From a virus, in IMG/VR virus record IMGVR_UViG_3300023174_000094, positions 32,001 to 96,000 of that record: a DNA stretch of 64,000 nt; one strand, written 5' to 3'. The notes beneath the pieces were generated by a model, which made no database searches, was not told the origin of the DNA, and saw only the letters and a list, made by a program, of their open reading frames with translations. Shown piece by piece: positions 17,723 through 27,816 of this stretch; positions within the stretch are counted from its first letter, which is position 1, and each line of letters opens with the position of its first letter. The position numbers and the translations under genes were made by a program.

Positions 17723-20700
17723 TGTTAACAACTGATATTTACGGAAAGACTTTATCTAGCTCTTTTGAGACAGCATCCACCTCAGTAGCCCAAAGAGTAA
17801 AGCCAAAAATTGTTATTCAATGGTTAGACAGTAGACATATTGATAATTTGGTTGTCACTACAAATGATAGCCATGCAAATTCGGCATATCCTAGTATCGG
17901 TTTTTATTTTGATAAAACTCAAGCTTTTAATGGCGTGGAGAGGCAATCTTTTACATGGGCTGTGGCTGGTGCAAAAGACGAGAACGGCAAAGTTATTACA
18001 GCAGATGGAACCTACCATGCAATGCCTTCCTTGACGGGCAGTGATTTAAGCAATACCCAACTGGGCAGCTCTCTTGAATTTGGGTGGTGGTCAAATAGCA
18101 TTAGTAATTCAAACACTCATTCTACATACAGTGGATATGGCTTCTCAACAAATCCGTATATCCAGGCTGTTTTTGATGAGAGGAAAGTTAATCGTATCCG
18201 CATTGTGACATCTGAGTTTTTTGGCGGTATTTCAAACTATCTAGTTGAGGCTTACAACGCTGCTTCAGCATTAATTCTTTCGGAAGAGGGGCAGATAAAA
18301 GACGGTTCATATTATCAAGATCACATTATATCAACACAAACATCACAAAATGTTGCAAGAATAAGAGTAACTGTTCGCACAACAAAGAACCCTCAAGATA
18401 GGGCAAGAATTCAAGAAGTAATTCCCATCTATGAAACAGATATTACAGACTATGTAATTGATTATGAATTCTCCAGAACAAGAGATGTTCATCAAAGCAG
18501 CTTGCCAATTGGTGGATCTGAAACCGCTAAAGCATCTATCAATCTAGATAATACAGAAAAGAATTTTAGCATTTTTAATAATGCTTCATTGTTTGGTAAG
18601 TATATGAAAAAAGATTTAAAAGTAAATATTGCTACAGGTTGGAGAATTAAGAAAAATTTAGAAGATTTAAATGCAGAGTACTACTCATCCACCATTGCTT
18701 CAAACATCACATCTTCATCAACGACTATCTCTGTGGTAGACGCTACTGGATTTCCATCTGGCGGTGCTGGTAATCATTTTACCCTGATAATTGGTAAGGG
18801 AACTCAGAATGAAGAAATAATTCTCTGTTCTCAGTCAAGTGATGATAGAACAGTTGTTGTTGAGGAGAGGGGTTACGCTGGGTCTATTGCAAGAAGTCAT
18901 GCGTCTGGTACATCCATAACATTTGATTTATTTGAATATGTGTCTGCTGGAACATACTATGTTGATGAGTGGTCCTCTTCTTCATCTTCAATGTCCGTAT
19001 CAGTATCGCTTAATGACTGGTCAAAATATTTAACTGAAAGAACAATTAATACAGGCTTCTTTATGCAAAATGCATATGTTGGAGATGCTGTAAAAAATCT
19101 ATTGATGAGAGCAAACTTTCCAAGTGCCGATGTTAAGAAGCTAGGTAAATATAGTTCTGGTTCTAGGGATCGTGGAGCAATTGCCAATTATTCTTTTAAC
19201 GAAGAAGCAATTGACCGAAGCGGCAATGCTATTATTCCTGGAAGTGGTTTGAGAGCAAGGTTCTGGGGAATGCCTTCTGGTGGTGAGCCTAATGTAAAAG
19301 ATATATTGGCAGATGCGCTAGACAAGCAATTGTCACCACTTGACTTAGCCCTTGGGTTAAAATCATTTGTAAGTCCGAGCTATGTTGCTCTGTCAAAAGA
19401 TATCTCAGCCAATGTGACATCGGCAATTGAAATTACCAATTTCTCTTTTACTGGAACAAATGGCATAACATATAGTCAATACTTTAACGGCGTATTTGAC
19501 GGGTACTACATCCCCAGAACATCTGGTGAGCAGAGACTTGTTGTTTATATTAGATATGGTGGTGTAAGAGTTTATCTGGATGATACTCTGATACTTAATC
19601 AATGGAGAATGAACACAACAACTGGCGGGGCGCTGACCAGGTTCCAATCAGACCTTCTTAACTTAACAGCTGGTTCTCCAAGAAAAATAAGAATTGAATT
19701 CTTTCATGCATTTGATGATAATAACGGATCAAGCTTTTCAATCAAACTCTACAAAGCTGTTGGTATATCTGCTGATGCGCTGATCAGCGCTGGTGAGTTT
19801 TGCACAGTTGTGGCAACTGACTCTATTGGGTCAAGGAATGCCGCATTTACCTCAGATCCAAATAGAAATGTTAACAGGAATAATGGTATCTATATAGCCT
19901 CACCATCTCTATCTCAAGCAACTGGGTTAACATCGGAGCCAGATAATAAGTCTGTGCTTCTTGCATCTAATTCTTATATTAGAATACCTTATCACTCTTC
20001 GCTGGATGTGACTAATTCAAACTCATACCTCTATACTGGCGACTGGTCTTTTGAGTTGTTCACTAAGTTTAATAACGGATCGTTTGCCTCGGATGGGGAG
20101 TATATAAGTAACTGGTCCAATTCAAATCCAAATACTGGTTTTGAATTTTTTAATAATAGCTCATCTCATGGTTTTAAAATAAAAACACTGTCCAATGCAA
20201 CAGTTGTTACAGAAACAGTATCTTCAAACACTGCTCTGTCTAATTCTTCTTTCCATCATATTACTGTCACATATTCAGACAATACTCTTAAATACTATGT
20301 TAACGGTCAAATTGCAGATAGCGAGATTGTAGAAGGAACACCTATTGCATGGACAAGTAGAGATATTACAATTGGTGGTCGTGGTGCTTCTTATACTTCT
20401 GGGACTGGGGAATCAGCCCCGTCTGCATTTAGAGCGTTTACTATTGATGAATTCGCACTATATAATGTCGCTCTATCTGATCAAGATGTTGCGGAGAGAT
20501 ATAGTGAATCAAGTATACAGCCTTTGACAATGTTTCCATTTCTTTATGGTAATGATGAAACAATCAGGTCAATTCTTGACGGTATAACATTTGCTGATCT
20601 TGGTCGTGTATACATAGATGAACAAAACAAAGCAAGATACGAGCATTTCTATCGTTTTTTTGAATCATCAATTCCACAACATGCCAATGTGCAATACACC

Positions 20701-21645
20701 ATTAGCGACTCCTCTAGTATTATTGATGCTGACTACACTGTTGCGCTACAGTGTAATAAAGTGGTTATACCGATTGCAGGGCTTGCATCAGCCGCTGCTG
20801 GAACACAATCTCTATGGAGAGCACCAGACCCTACAACCTTAAGCTCTGTTGCGCTTACTGCAAATATAAACTCAAGTGTTAATACTATTTATGTATCAAC
20901 AACTGAGGATCCACCATTTCCAACTTCTGGTTATCTAAAAATTGAGAATGAAATTGTAAAATATAATTCAAAGACGAGAAATTCTTTTAACAATGTTGAG
21001 AGAGGTCAGTTTCAGACTACCGCCGCTTCTCATGCAAGTGGTGTTAAGGCAAGAGAGGCTAAGTATTACAACCTTAAGTATGACAAAGCACCAGCTTTTA
21101 ATATTAGATCACCTTTCATAACTGGAATTCTATTTGAAGATCCAGATGAAATTGAGATTGTTAAGTTTTTGCCTGGTCCTTATGGAGCTGAGTTAATAAT
21201 TTCAACATCAAATAGTGTCGGGAGTGGAACAATTGTATTTGCTGAGGGAACCAACCCTCTTACAGACAAAGTTGCATTTACATCAATTGCTGGTGTTCCA
21301 GTCATTATCACTGAGCAGAATACTCAGGTTACTCAGCAATCAGCATTGAACACTGATTCAATCAAAAAGTATGGACTAAAGGATGTTATTATTGAAAGCC
21401 CATTTATTAGCGATGCAGTGCATGCTCAGAAGCTAGCTGATTTTATAATCTCTAAAACACAAGACTCTGTTCCAATTCTTAATATTAATGCTACAGCTAT
21501 TCCAAAGATTCAACTTGGTGATAGAATAAGAATATCAACAATGAGCTCTTTTGATATAATTAATGCTGACTACTGGGTGATATCTCAATCACTAAATGTT
21601 GGAGACACTCTGCAGCATCAGTTAACTCTTAGGAAGGTGGTTTAA
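17722..21645 (+). CDS. Large tail-tip / hub protein with PA14-like and LamG (ConA-like) domains
   Basis: SD GAGGAGG; PA14-like GLRARFW...DGYYIP...GVRVYLDD...KIRIEFF; LamG-like HHITVTY...YVNG...IGG...IDEFALYN.AL. Confidence 0.75.
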   Translation: MLTTDIYGKTLSSSFETASTSVAQRVKPKIVIQWLDSRHIDNLVVTTNDSHANSAYPSIGFYFDKTQAFNGVERQSFTWAVAGAKDENGKVITADGTYHAMPSLTGSDLSNTQLGSSLEFGWWSNSISNSNTHSTYSGYGFSTNPYIQAVFDERKVNRIRIVTSEFFGGISNYLVEAYNAASALILSEEGQIKDGSYYQDHIISTQTSQNVARIRVTVRTTKNPQDRARIQEVIPIYETDITDYVIDYEFSRTRDVHQSSLPIGGSETAKASINLDNTEKNFSIFNNASLFGKYMKKDLKVNIATGWRIKKNLEDLNAEYYSSTIASNITSSSTTISVVDATGFPSGGAGNHFTLIIGKGTQNEEIILCSQSSDDRTVVVEERGYAGSIARSHASGTSITFDLFEYVSAGTYYVDEWSSSSSSMSVSVSLNDWSKYLTERTINTGFFMQNAYVGDAVKNLLMRANFPSADVKKLGKYSSGSRDRGAIANYSFNEEAIDRSGNAIIPGSGLRARFWGMPSGGEPNVKDILADALDKQLSPLDLALGLKSFVSPSYVALSKDISANVTSAIEITNFSFTGTNGITYSQYFNGVFDGYYIPRTSGEQRLVVYIRYGGVRVYLDDTLILNQWRMNTTTGGALTRFQSDLLNLTAGSPRKIRIEFFHAFDDNNGSSFSIKLYKAVGISADALISAGEFCTVVATDSIGSRNAAFTSDPNRNVNRNNGIYIASPSLSQATGLTSEPDNKSVLLASNSYIRIPYHSSLDVTNSNSYLYTGDWSFELFTKFNNGSFASDGEYISNWSNSNPNTGFEFFNNSSSHGFKIKTLSNATVVTETVSSNTALSNSSFHHITVTYSDNTLKYYVNGQIADSEIVEGTPIAWTSRDITIGGRGASYTSGTGESAPSAFRAFTIDEFALYNVALSDQDVAERYSESSIQPLTMFPFLYGNDETIRSILDGITFADLGRVYIDEQNKARYEHFYRFFESSIPQHANVQYTISDSSSIIDADYTVALQCNKVVIPIAGLASAAAGTQSLWRAPDPTTLSSVALTANINSSVNTIYVSTTEDPPFPTSGYLKIENEIVKYNSKTRNSFNNVERGQFQTTAASHASGVKAREAKYYNLKYDKAPAFNIRSPFITGILFEDPDEIEIVKFLPGPYGAELIISTSNSVGSGTIVFAEGTNPLTDKVAFTSIAGVPVIITEQNTQVTQQSALNTDSIKKYGLKDVIIESPFISDAVHAQKLADFIISKTQDSVPILNINATAIPKIQLGDRIRISTMSSFDIINADYWVISQSLNVGDTLQHQLTLRKVV

Positions 21646-22928
21646 TGGCAACAAGCAATTCTATATCTGAAAATGCAATTTCTTTCTATGCCTCTGGTGG
21701 TCACTCTCATGATGGCTCTACCTCTTCCTTAATCAAGACAGACTCATATTCCATTTATGACTTTAATCCAAGTTTCGTTGGAGATAATCCAGAGAGAAGG
21801 CGGGCTCAGGTTAATAACTATAATTCCTTTAGGCAATTAGTTGTTAATACAATTAATTCTACTGTTCTTGAGCCAGCAGGTATTGTACTGCAAGATAATA
21901 TTATTAACAGCAGAAATATAATTTCTGGCTCAATCACGGCAGTAGAAATTGCATCAAACACAATCACTGCAGATAATATTGCGGCAAATACGATTACTTC
22001 AAATAACATTGCAGCAAATACAATTACCGCAAATAATATTGCTACAGGAGCGATCACCGCAGATGAATTATCAGCAAGTCTTGTTCTTGTTAATAATGTA
22101 ATTAGAAGCAATAATTTTAACGGAACTATTGCCGCAAATAATGTAATTACATCTCAAGGAACATCTGGATGGGCTATAACAAGTTCTGGAGATGCTGTAT
22201 TCTCTAATACAGCCATTAGAGGAACAATAACCGCTGGTGCTTTATATATTAATGCAAATAATTATTGGAATGCAAATGGTACAGTAGTCATGGGTAATGC
22301 AGCTGCTAGCAGTGGTTTTTATTTTAACCCATCTACGGGATTAGCGGTGACAGGGCAGATAACGGCTACTAGTGGAGCAATAGCTTCTTTTGATATTGTT
22401 GGCGCTAATTTATACACTGGAAATTCTTTTCTTGGATACATAAATTTAGGTCCAACAACTACGGCTCATGGCGGTGTTCCTGCAGGTGAGATTGTGGTTG
22501 CAACTAGAGACCCTGCTGATAACCATGTAGTCTCTTCATCACTAAAAGGGCAAGAGCTTAGAATTGAAGATGCTGACAATGCAGCCTACACAACAGTGGT
22601 TAATAAATATGGTTTTTACACTAATGGTGTTGTGTCATCTGATTCCGTTGAAACGGATGCTGTTATATATCCATACGGCGCAAATCAAATAGCTTTTAGA
22701 TGGTCAGGAAGTGCGCTATATGCGGTGATTGATGGAGCTACGGAATACCTGTTGAGCACTGGAGGATCAGCCCCAGCAGTTACGGCAGTTAGCCCTTCAG
22801 TTACTCCTGAAGTTAGTCCTTCTGTTTCACCAGGCGGTGGTTGCCCAACTTGCCCTACGCATACAGAGCCATGCTGCCCACCAGCAGTCTGTGGTTATGA
22901 TGAAAAGCTTGGAAATTATTGCTTGTAA
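21645..22928 (+). CDS. Minor tail protein with 10-aa ITAxxIAANT repeats and Pro/Cys-rich C-terminus
   Basis: GHSHDG motif, repeats, GWAI..GDAVF...IRGTI motif; ends PSVTPEVSPSVSPGGGCPTC...CC...C...CL. Confidence 0.7.
   Translation: MATSNSISENAISFYASGGHSHDGSTSSLIKTDSYSIYDFNPSFVGDNPERRRAQVNNYNSFRQLVVNTINSTVLEPAGIVLQDNIINSRNIISGSITAVEIASNTITADNIAANTITSNNIAANTITANNIATGAITADELSASLVLVNNVIRSNNFNGTIAANNVITSQGTSGWAITSSGDAVFSNTAIRGTITAGALYINANNYWNANGTVVMGNAAASSGFYFNPSTGLAVTGQITATSGAIASFDIVGANLYTGNSFLGYINLGPTTTAHGGVPAGEIVVATRDPADNHVVSSSLKGQELRIEDADNAAYTTVVNKYGFYTNGVVSSDSVETDAVIYPYGANQIAFRWSGSALYAVIDGATEYLLSTGGSAPAVTAVSPSVTPEVSPSVSPGGGCPTCPTHTEPCCPPAVCGYDEKLGNYCL
21933..22070 (+). repeat. Degenerate 30-bp tandem coding repeat (about 4.5 units)
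   Basis: ITAVEIASNT ITADNIAANT ITSNNIAANT ITANNIATGA ITADEL. Confidence 0.8.
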
Positions 22929-22950
22929 TTTTTTGATAAAAATAGTTATT

Positions 22951-22964
22951 TGCTATGATATACT
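22951..22964 (+). promoter_or_regulatory. Extended -10 promoter(s) for the GNAT cassette
   Basis: Overlapping TGCTATGAT and TGATATACT in an intergenic gap. Confidence 0.5.
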
Positions 22965-22992
22965 GAAATAATATTGAGAACGGAGATTTGAA

Positions 22993-23517
22993 ATGAGTAG
23001 TGCAGAGCAAAATAGCGTTTGGGAGCCAAAGGTTCCAACAGAGCCAGATAATAATTTCAATGACTGGTTAAATTGGGAGAATAGATTTGGTGAGTATGGA
23101 GAGCCAGGATATGAAAGGCTAACACTCCCAGCAAAAGTTCCAAAAGTCTTTGGTAGTGATTCACCTGTTGATCTTATTTTTACGCTTCTCCGAGATGATG
23201 ATGGTTTGCTTATTGGTGTTCATGCATCATATTTTGATACTGATGGAATCCGACATCCATTTTTAATGACAGTGCATCCTGACCACAGAAGAAAGGGAAT
23301 CGCAACACAGATTGCTCTCTATCTAGAGGAAGAATTTGTTGCAAATGAAGCTCATAAGTATGGAATGTCACCTGCTGAATTTGCTGCAATGCCAAGATCT
23401 GAAATGGCAGCGCTAGTCGTGCCAGATATTTATAAAGATGTGACAGTGAATAATGCTGGCGCTGGTTTTCTTAACAAGATTGTTGACCAGTTTTACAATG
23501 TTGAAAGAGAATTTTAA
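22993..23517 (+). CDS. GNAT-family acetyltransferase
   Basis: Acetyl-CoA motif A: MTVHPDHRRKGIAT; downstream NNAGAGFL. Confidence 0.75.
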   Translation: MSSAEQNSVWEPKVPTEPDNNFNDWLNWENRFGEYGEPGYERLTLPAKVPKVFGSDSPVDLIFTLLRDDDGLLIGVHASYFDTDGIRHPFLMTVHPDHRRKGIATQIALYLEEEFVANEAHKYGMSPAEFAAMPRSEMAALVVPDIYKDVTVNNAGAGFLNKIVDQFYNVEREF

Positions 23518-23519
23518 TT

Positions 23520-23747
23520 ATGACACCGTATCAAGAATGGAAGAAAAGTCTAGGTGAAACTCGCCCTTGGGATGTTCTTAATCCAAATACGGAGAAAGCA
23601 TCTGAAGAAGAAGCAGAGAGGCGAATGTCTATATGCGAGCAGTGCCCAAGCCTGCTTAAAATTACTAATCAATGTAAAGAATGTGGTTGTGTTATGAAGT
23701 TAAAAACTAAGTTAATGAAAGCGACATGTCCACTTGATAAGTGGTAA
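23520..23747 (+). CDS. Small Cys-rich protein (DUF6171-like)
   Basis: R..IC..CP.L....QCKECGC.M..K......CP..KW. Confidence 0.65.
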   Translation: MTPYQEWKKSLGETRPWDVLNPNTEKASEEEAERRMSICEQCPSLLKITNQCKECGCVMKLKTKLMKATCPLDKW

Positions 23748-23748
23748 T

Positions 23749-24348
23749 ATGCCAAAAAAATTAGCACCTGGTATTTATGTTTATAATTCTGATCAGATTT
23801 CTGGCTATCTTGATGCTATAAAAAACAGTATAACTTTATTTTTTAATGACGGAAAACTTGTATCCCTAGATTCAGAAAATGGGCAGTATAACAGTGTTGT
23901 TGATACAGATATAAGAAAAGTAGGTGTTTTTTCTTTTTCACAATCCTATTCATGTCATGAAGATGACCCTGTTAATATTTTTAAAAGACAAATTGAAAAA
24001 ATAGGAGATGAAGTTATTAACTCCTATAGGGGAATTCATAATATGGGTGATTTATTAAAAAATCACGAGTGGCAGATCATAAAGTACGATATTGGTAGTT
24101 TTTTTAAAAATCACATTGACGATTGCGCCGCCTACAGCAGAACTGTTTCTATTCTTATGTATTTTAATGACGATTATGATGGCGGGGAAATTGAATTTCC
24201 AGAGTTTGATATTTTCTATAAGCCTCAATTGGGCGATGTTCTGGTATTCCCTTCAAGCTTTATATATAACCATAGCGTGAAGGAAGTAACCAGTGGAGTG
24301 CGATATGCAGCCGTTAACTGGTTTTCTTATGCAAAACTCAATAAATGA
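23749..24348 (+). CDS. 2OG-Fe(II) oxygenase, prolyl-4-hydroxylase-like
   Basis: HID...RTVSILMYFNDDYDGGEIEF...FPS...H.V..VTSGVRY. Confidence 0.85.
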   Translation: MPKKLAPGIYVYNSDQISGYLDAIKNSITLFFNDGKLVSLDSENGQYNSVVDTDIRKVGVFSFSQSYSCHEDDPVNIFKRQIEKIGDEVINSYRGIHNMGDLLKNHEWQIIKYDIGSFFKNHIDDCAAYSRTVSILMYFNDDYDGGEIEFPEFDIFYKPQLGDVLVFPSSFIYNHSVKEVTSGVRYAAVNWFSYAKLNK

Positions 24349-24362
24349 TGTATAATAGATAA

Positions 24363-25034
24363 ATGGCTTACGAAAACTACTCATTTGTATCTTGGACAGA
24401 TGGAACCCCAATAACTGGAGACCGACTTGCTCAAATGTCCACAAATATAGATCAGGTTAAAGACGCTACTGATGACAAACCGTTTGGTCTTTTAAAGTTT
24501 AAAACTGTTACATCAAGTCCTGGATCTTGGTCAGATTTTACTGATCATGAAATTATCAAGCTCGCCGATGAATCTGGGACTGGTGGTGCTGATAACAGAG
24601 TGACTGTGGGATCTAGTCGTTTTTATAGAGTAACAATTAATTTTACTGGTTTTGTTGTTGATGCAAGAGGTGCTGAGGATTCAACATATAATTTAAAAAT
24701 ATGCACAGGGACTTTTGGAGGGGCAAACACAACCCTTCAGCAATACAGGTTCACTGCTCATCCATTTACATACATTGATGTATCAACCCTTGGTAACTCT
24801 GCAACAATTGCAAATCATTCATTAAAGAACAATGCTTATGATACGAGATTTGGTGCAGGTACTCATTCAATCATCCTCCAGAGCAATTCTGCTGGATTTA
24901 CAAATCAATCTTACTTTGTCAGCGTAAAGAGAGATCAAGGGGCAAGTGCATCTAACGCCCCAGCTTACTCCATTCCAGCATCCGTTGGTGGTGAATTGCA
25001 AATGTACATTGAAGATGTCGGTGGAACAGCCTAA
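24363..25034 (+). CDS. Putative minor tail / baseplate-associated protein
   Basis: N-terminal Y...W.DGTPIT..RL..M...I anchor-like motif; TATAAT 6 nt upstream (leaderless). Confidence 0.5.
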   Translation: MAYENYSFVSWTDGTPITGDRLAQMSTNIDQVKDATDDKPFGLLKFKTVTSSPGSWSDFTDHEIIKLADESGTGGADNRVTVGSSRFYRVTINFTGFVVDARGAEDSTYNLKICTGTFGGANTTLQQYRFTAHPFTYIDVSTLGNSATIANHSLKNNAYDTRFGAGTHSIILQSNSAGFTNQSYFVSVKRDQGASASNAPAYSIPASVGGELQMYIEDVGGTA

Positions 25035-25470
25035 TCCTATTAGAGGTGGTTTGGCATCTAGGCGAGATGATATAGACTGGTCTGCAAAATTTGCTAATGG
25101 CGAGGAAAGCCCTAATTTTAGCGGTGGTAAATATATAGATGATAAGGGATATGTTCGTGTATTAAATCCAGATCATCCTAAAAATATTCGTGGATATGTT
25201 TATGAACATAGGCTTGTGATTGAGCAGTATTTAAATAGATACCTTCAACCTTGGGAAACTGTTCATCACATTAATGAAATTAAAATAGATAATAGGCTTT
25301 CTAATTTATTTTTATGCACACCTCAAGAGCATAGCGCTCTTCATAAAGAGGGTGTTAGGATGAAGGATGAGCAGAAGCAAAAGATGAGAAAAACTGCTCA
25401 AGAAACAAAACCTCATACAAAAAAGAAAAATGCCTCTAATAAGATTGCAATCAAAAAAAGACTCCCATAG
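25015..25470 (+). CDS. HNH endonuclease
   Basis: YVYEHRLV.E..L.R.L...E.VHHIN..K.DNR..NL. Confidence 0.85.
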   Translation: MSVEQPNPIRGGLASRRDDIDWSAKFANGEESPNFSGGKYIDDKGYVRVLNPDHPKNIRGYVYEHRLVIEQYLNRYLQPWETVHHINEIKIDNRLSNLFLCTPQEHSALHKEGVRMKDEQKQKMRKTAQETKPHTKKKNASNKIAIKKRLP

Positions 25471-25491
25471 ACAATTTCATTGACTATACTG

Positions 25492-25500
25492 TGGTATGCT
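25492..25500 (+). promoter_or_regulatory. Extended -10 promoter at start of replication module
   Basis: TGGTATGCT, followed by SD AAGGAG and ATG 25524. Confidence 0.5.
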
Positions 25501-25523
25501 AGACGGAAACCAAAGGAGTCCTA

Positions 25524-26690
25524 ATGAAAGTTTGTGCAACAGAAGGTTGTAATATAGAGTTTGAACCAAAAACGGCTAATGCTAAATATGGTGATAAATC
25601 ATGTAGAAAGACCATAGATATTAATGGTCTATGTAGATATAGAAAAGAAAACGGTCTATTTGAGATAGGAGAAAATCCATTGACTGGAACAGTGCCAGAA
25701 ACAGAAAGCGAATTGCGTCTTTCTTATAATAAGTTATTGCAGGAATATAATAAGGCAAAAGAAAAGAATGTTGATCTAGCAGACGCTGTATATCGTGCGG
25801 TGCGAGAAGATATTGAGTCGGTTAAGTATGTACCAGTACCAAAGCCAAAGTTTGGGAAAGCTACTAAAGGTGAGGAAGTCGCTGTTGCTGTTATTGCAGA
25901 CTGGCAGTTGGCAAAAATCACTCCAGACTACAACTCGCAGGTTTGTGAGGAAAGAATCTATAAGTATGCAGAAAAGATTATTCAACTTACTGAGATTCAA
26001 AGACAAGATCACCCAGTAAAAGAATTGCATATTTGGGCTCTTGGAGACATTATTGAGGGAGAGCTTATTTTCCCAGGTCAATCATTCTTGGTTGATGGTG
26101 GTCTGTACAGACAGATTACTGTTGACGGTCCAAGAATTATGAAGAACTTTATCAACATGATGCTTGAAAATTTTGAGAAGATTGTTTTTGTCGGTGTTAT
26201 TGGAAATCATGGTTCAATTGGTGGTAGGGCTAGAAAAGATCATGACCCTGAGACCAATGGTGACAGAATGCTTTATCGCATTACTCAGCTCATGTTTGAG
26301 AATGAAAAAAGAATTGAATTCAGAATCCCTGATGGTCGTGGTGAAAGACACTGGTATGCGGTTGATAAGATTGGCAATTACAAGAGTCTATTGTGTCATG
26401 GTGATCAGTTCGGTAGTCTTTCAACATTCTACGGCTTTCAGAAGAAGGCTTATGGTTGGAAGATCGGGGCTATAGAAGATGATTTTGATGATGTCTATCT
26501 AGGACACTTCCATACTCCTACAAAGATGACATTCAATACTGTTCAGATGAGAATCTCAGGAAGCCCTGAATCAACAAACACTTATGCTGTAGAGAGACTA
26601 GCTGCTGTAGGCAGACCATCACAGCCCCTTATGTTTGTGCATCCTGAAAAGGGTATTGTTACTGCTGAATACAATTGCTGGCTGGATTAA
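25524..26690 (+). CDS. Calcineurin-like metallophosphoesterase with N-terminal Cys motif
   Basis: DWQ, GD.IEG, GNH, HGD, GHFH motifs. Confidence 0.8.
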   Translation: MKVCATEGCNIEFEPKTANAKYGDKSCRKTIDINGLCRYRKENGLFEIGENPLTGTVPETESELRLSYNKLLQEYNKAKEKNVDLADAVYRAVREDIESVKYVPVPKPKFGKATKGEEVAVAVIADWQLAKITPDYNSQVCEERIYKYAEKIIQLTEIQRQDHPVKELHIWALGDIIEGELIFPGQSFLVDGGLYRQITVDGPRIMKNFINMMLENFEKIVFVGVIGNHGSIGGRARKDHDPETNGDRMLYRITQLMFENEKRIEFRIPDGRGERHWYAVDKIGNYKSLLCHGDQFGSLSTFYGFQKKAYGWKIGAIEDDFDDVYLGHFHTPTKMTFNTVQMRISGSPESTNTYAVERLAAVGRPSQPLMFVHPEKGIVTAEYNCWLD

Positions 26691-26691
26691 T

Positions 26692-26910
26692 ATGGTTAAA
26701 GCAACTGGTCTATATTGTCAACCTTGTGGTTCAAGGCTGTTTGTTGGTCAACAATATTATGCATTTCAAAAAAATTATATTGATGTAACCTGTACCAAGT
26801 GTGCTCATTCAATTGATGTAGAGGTAAGAAAGCTTAACAAAATTCTAGATTATCTTGGCTTTAAAACGATCAAGGAGCGACATGATCTCAGCGAAACCAA
26901 CAACAAATAA
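26692..26910 (+). CDS. Zn-ribbon protein
   Basis: CQPC...CTKC. Confidence 0.65.
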   Translation: MVKATGLYCQPCGSRLFVGQQYYAFQKNYIDVTCTKCAHSIDVEVRKLNKILDYLGFKTIKERHDLSETNNK

Positions 26911-27316
26911 ATTTTATAAATATGCAGGTAATATTGTCAAGATCAAGAAAATCTCAAGAAACAAGAATAAGATTTATTTAGAAAACCTTATTGATAAGGA
27001 AACAATCGTTATTCCGTATGAGCAATCTGAAATTCTGATTACAAGGCTATACACTGTCGGTGAGGTAGCAAAAATTGTTGAGAGAAGACCAGATACTTTG
27101 AGGAAGTATGAAAGAAGAAATCTTATTCCTTCTGCAGAAAAATTTGGTGAAAAGTACATAGGTTATTCAAATTGGCGCTATTATGATCAAAGTGCAGTTT
27201 ATGAAATGGTTGAGTTCTTTAACCAAAGAGTTCAAGGTCGCCCTGTTACTAAAAAAGGTAATACGGTAGAAAATAAAATACACACATTAGAGCAAAAAGT
27301 AAAACTTCATAAGTGA
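26882..27316 (+). CDS. MerR-like HTH DNA-binding protein
   Basis: YTVGEVAKIV.R...TLRKYERRNLIP...WRYY. Confidence 0.8.
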   Translation: MISAKPTTNKFYKYAGNIVKIKKISRNKNKIYLENLIDKETIVIPYEQSEILITRLYTVGEVAKIVERRPDTLRKYERRNLIPSAEKFGEKYIGYSNWRYYDQSAVYEMVEFFNQRVQGRPVTKKGNTVENKIHTLEQKVKLHK

Positions 27317-27323
27317 GGATGAT

Positions 27324-27533
27324 ATGAGTGAAAATATTAAAGGTACAGAAATTTGGGCATCGCTTGGAATTACCAAGAATCTTGGCAATTATGAGTCGCT
27401 AAGGCTTGATGCTGGTGCAAGGACTCAGGCTAAAGATCCTGATGATCCTGAAGCCTGGGCAAAGGTTTGGGAATCAATTGATGCTCAAATTGAAGCCAAG
27501 CTTCAAGAGCTAGATAATGAAAGCCCAAAGTGA
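27324..27533 (+). CDS. Conserved actinophage-type hypothetical protein
   Basis: LG.TKNLGNYESLRLD motif; SD GAGGA. Confidence 0.65.
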   Translation: MSENIKGTEIWASLGITKNLGNYESLRLDAGARTQAKDPDDPEAWAKVWESIDAQIEAKLQELDNESPK

Positions 27534-27816
27534 TTGGCTAAACGAAGCTGTCTGTGCAAATGATGAACGACCAACAGCTTGGCTATCGTATGACATTAGC
27601 GATATACAATACGCCAAGCTTGGTTGTTCTAAATGCACTGTGAGAAAGCAATGCATTCTTAATGCATTTCGTAATGACCCATATGTAGGTGTAAACGCAG
27701 GGATATCCGAGTATGACTTTTTAATGCTTACTTGGAAGGAGGCTACAAAAGTAAATGGAAGTAACTGGAGCAGAGCTGATAAAGTTCTTCAAGGAATCGT
27801 GCGACAAGTCAAATAA
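27517..27816 (+). CDS. whiB: WhiB-family transcription factor (divergent)
   Basis: W..EAVC...AK..C.KC.VR.QC...GVNAG (four Cys). Confidence 0.7.
   Translation: MKAQSDWLNEAVCANDERPTAWLSYDISDIQYAKLGCSKCTVRKQCILNAFRNDPYVGVNAGISEYDFLMLTWKEATKVNGSNWSRADKVLQGIVRQVK

Noticed and set aside
23749-24348. TET/JBP-type DNA base oxidation
   Set aside because: Motif layout is prolyl-4-hydroxylase-like, it sits in the tail module, and no C5 methyltransferase is visible.
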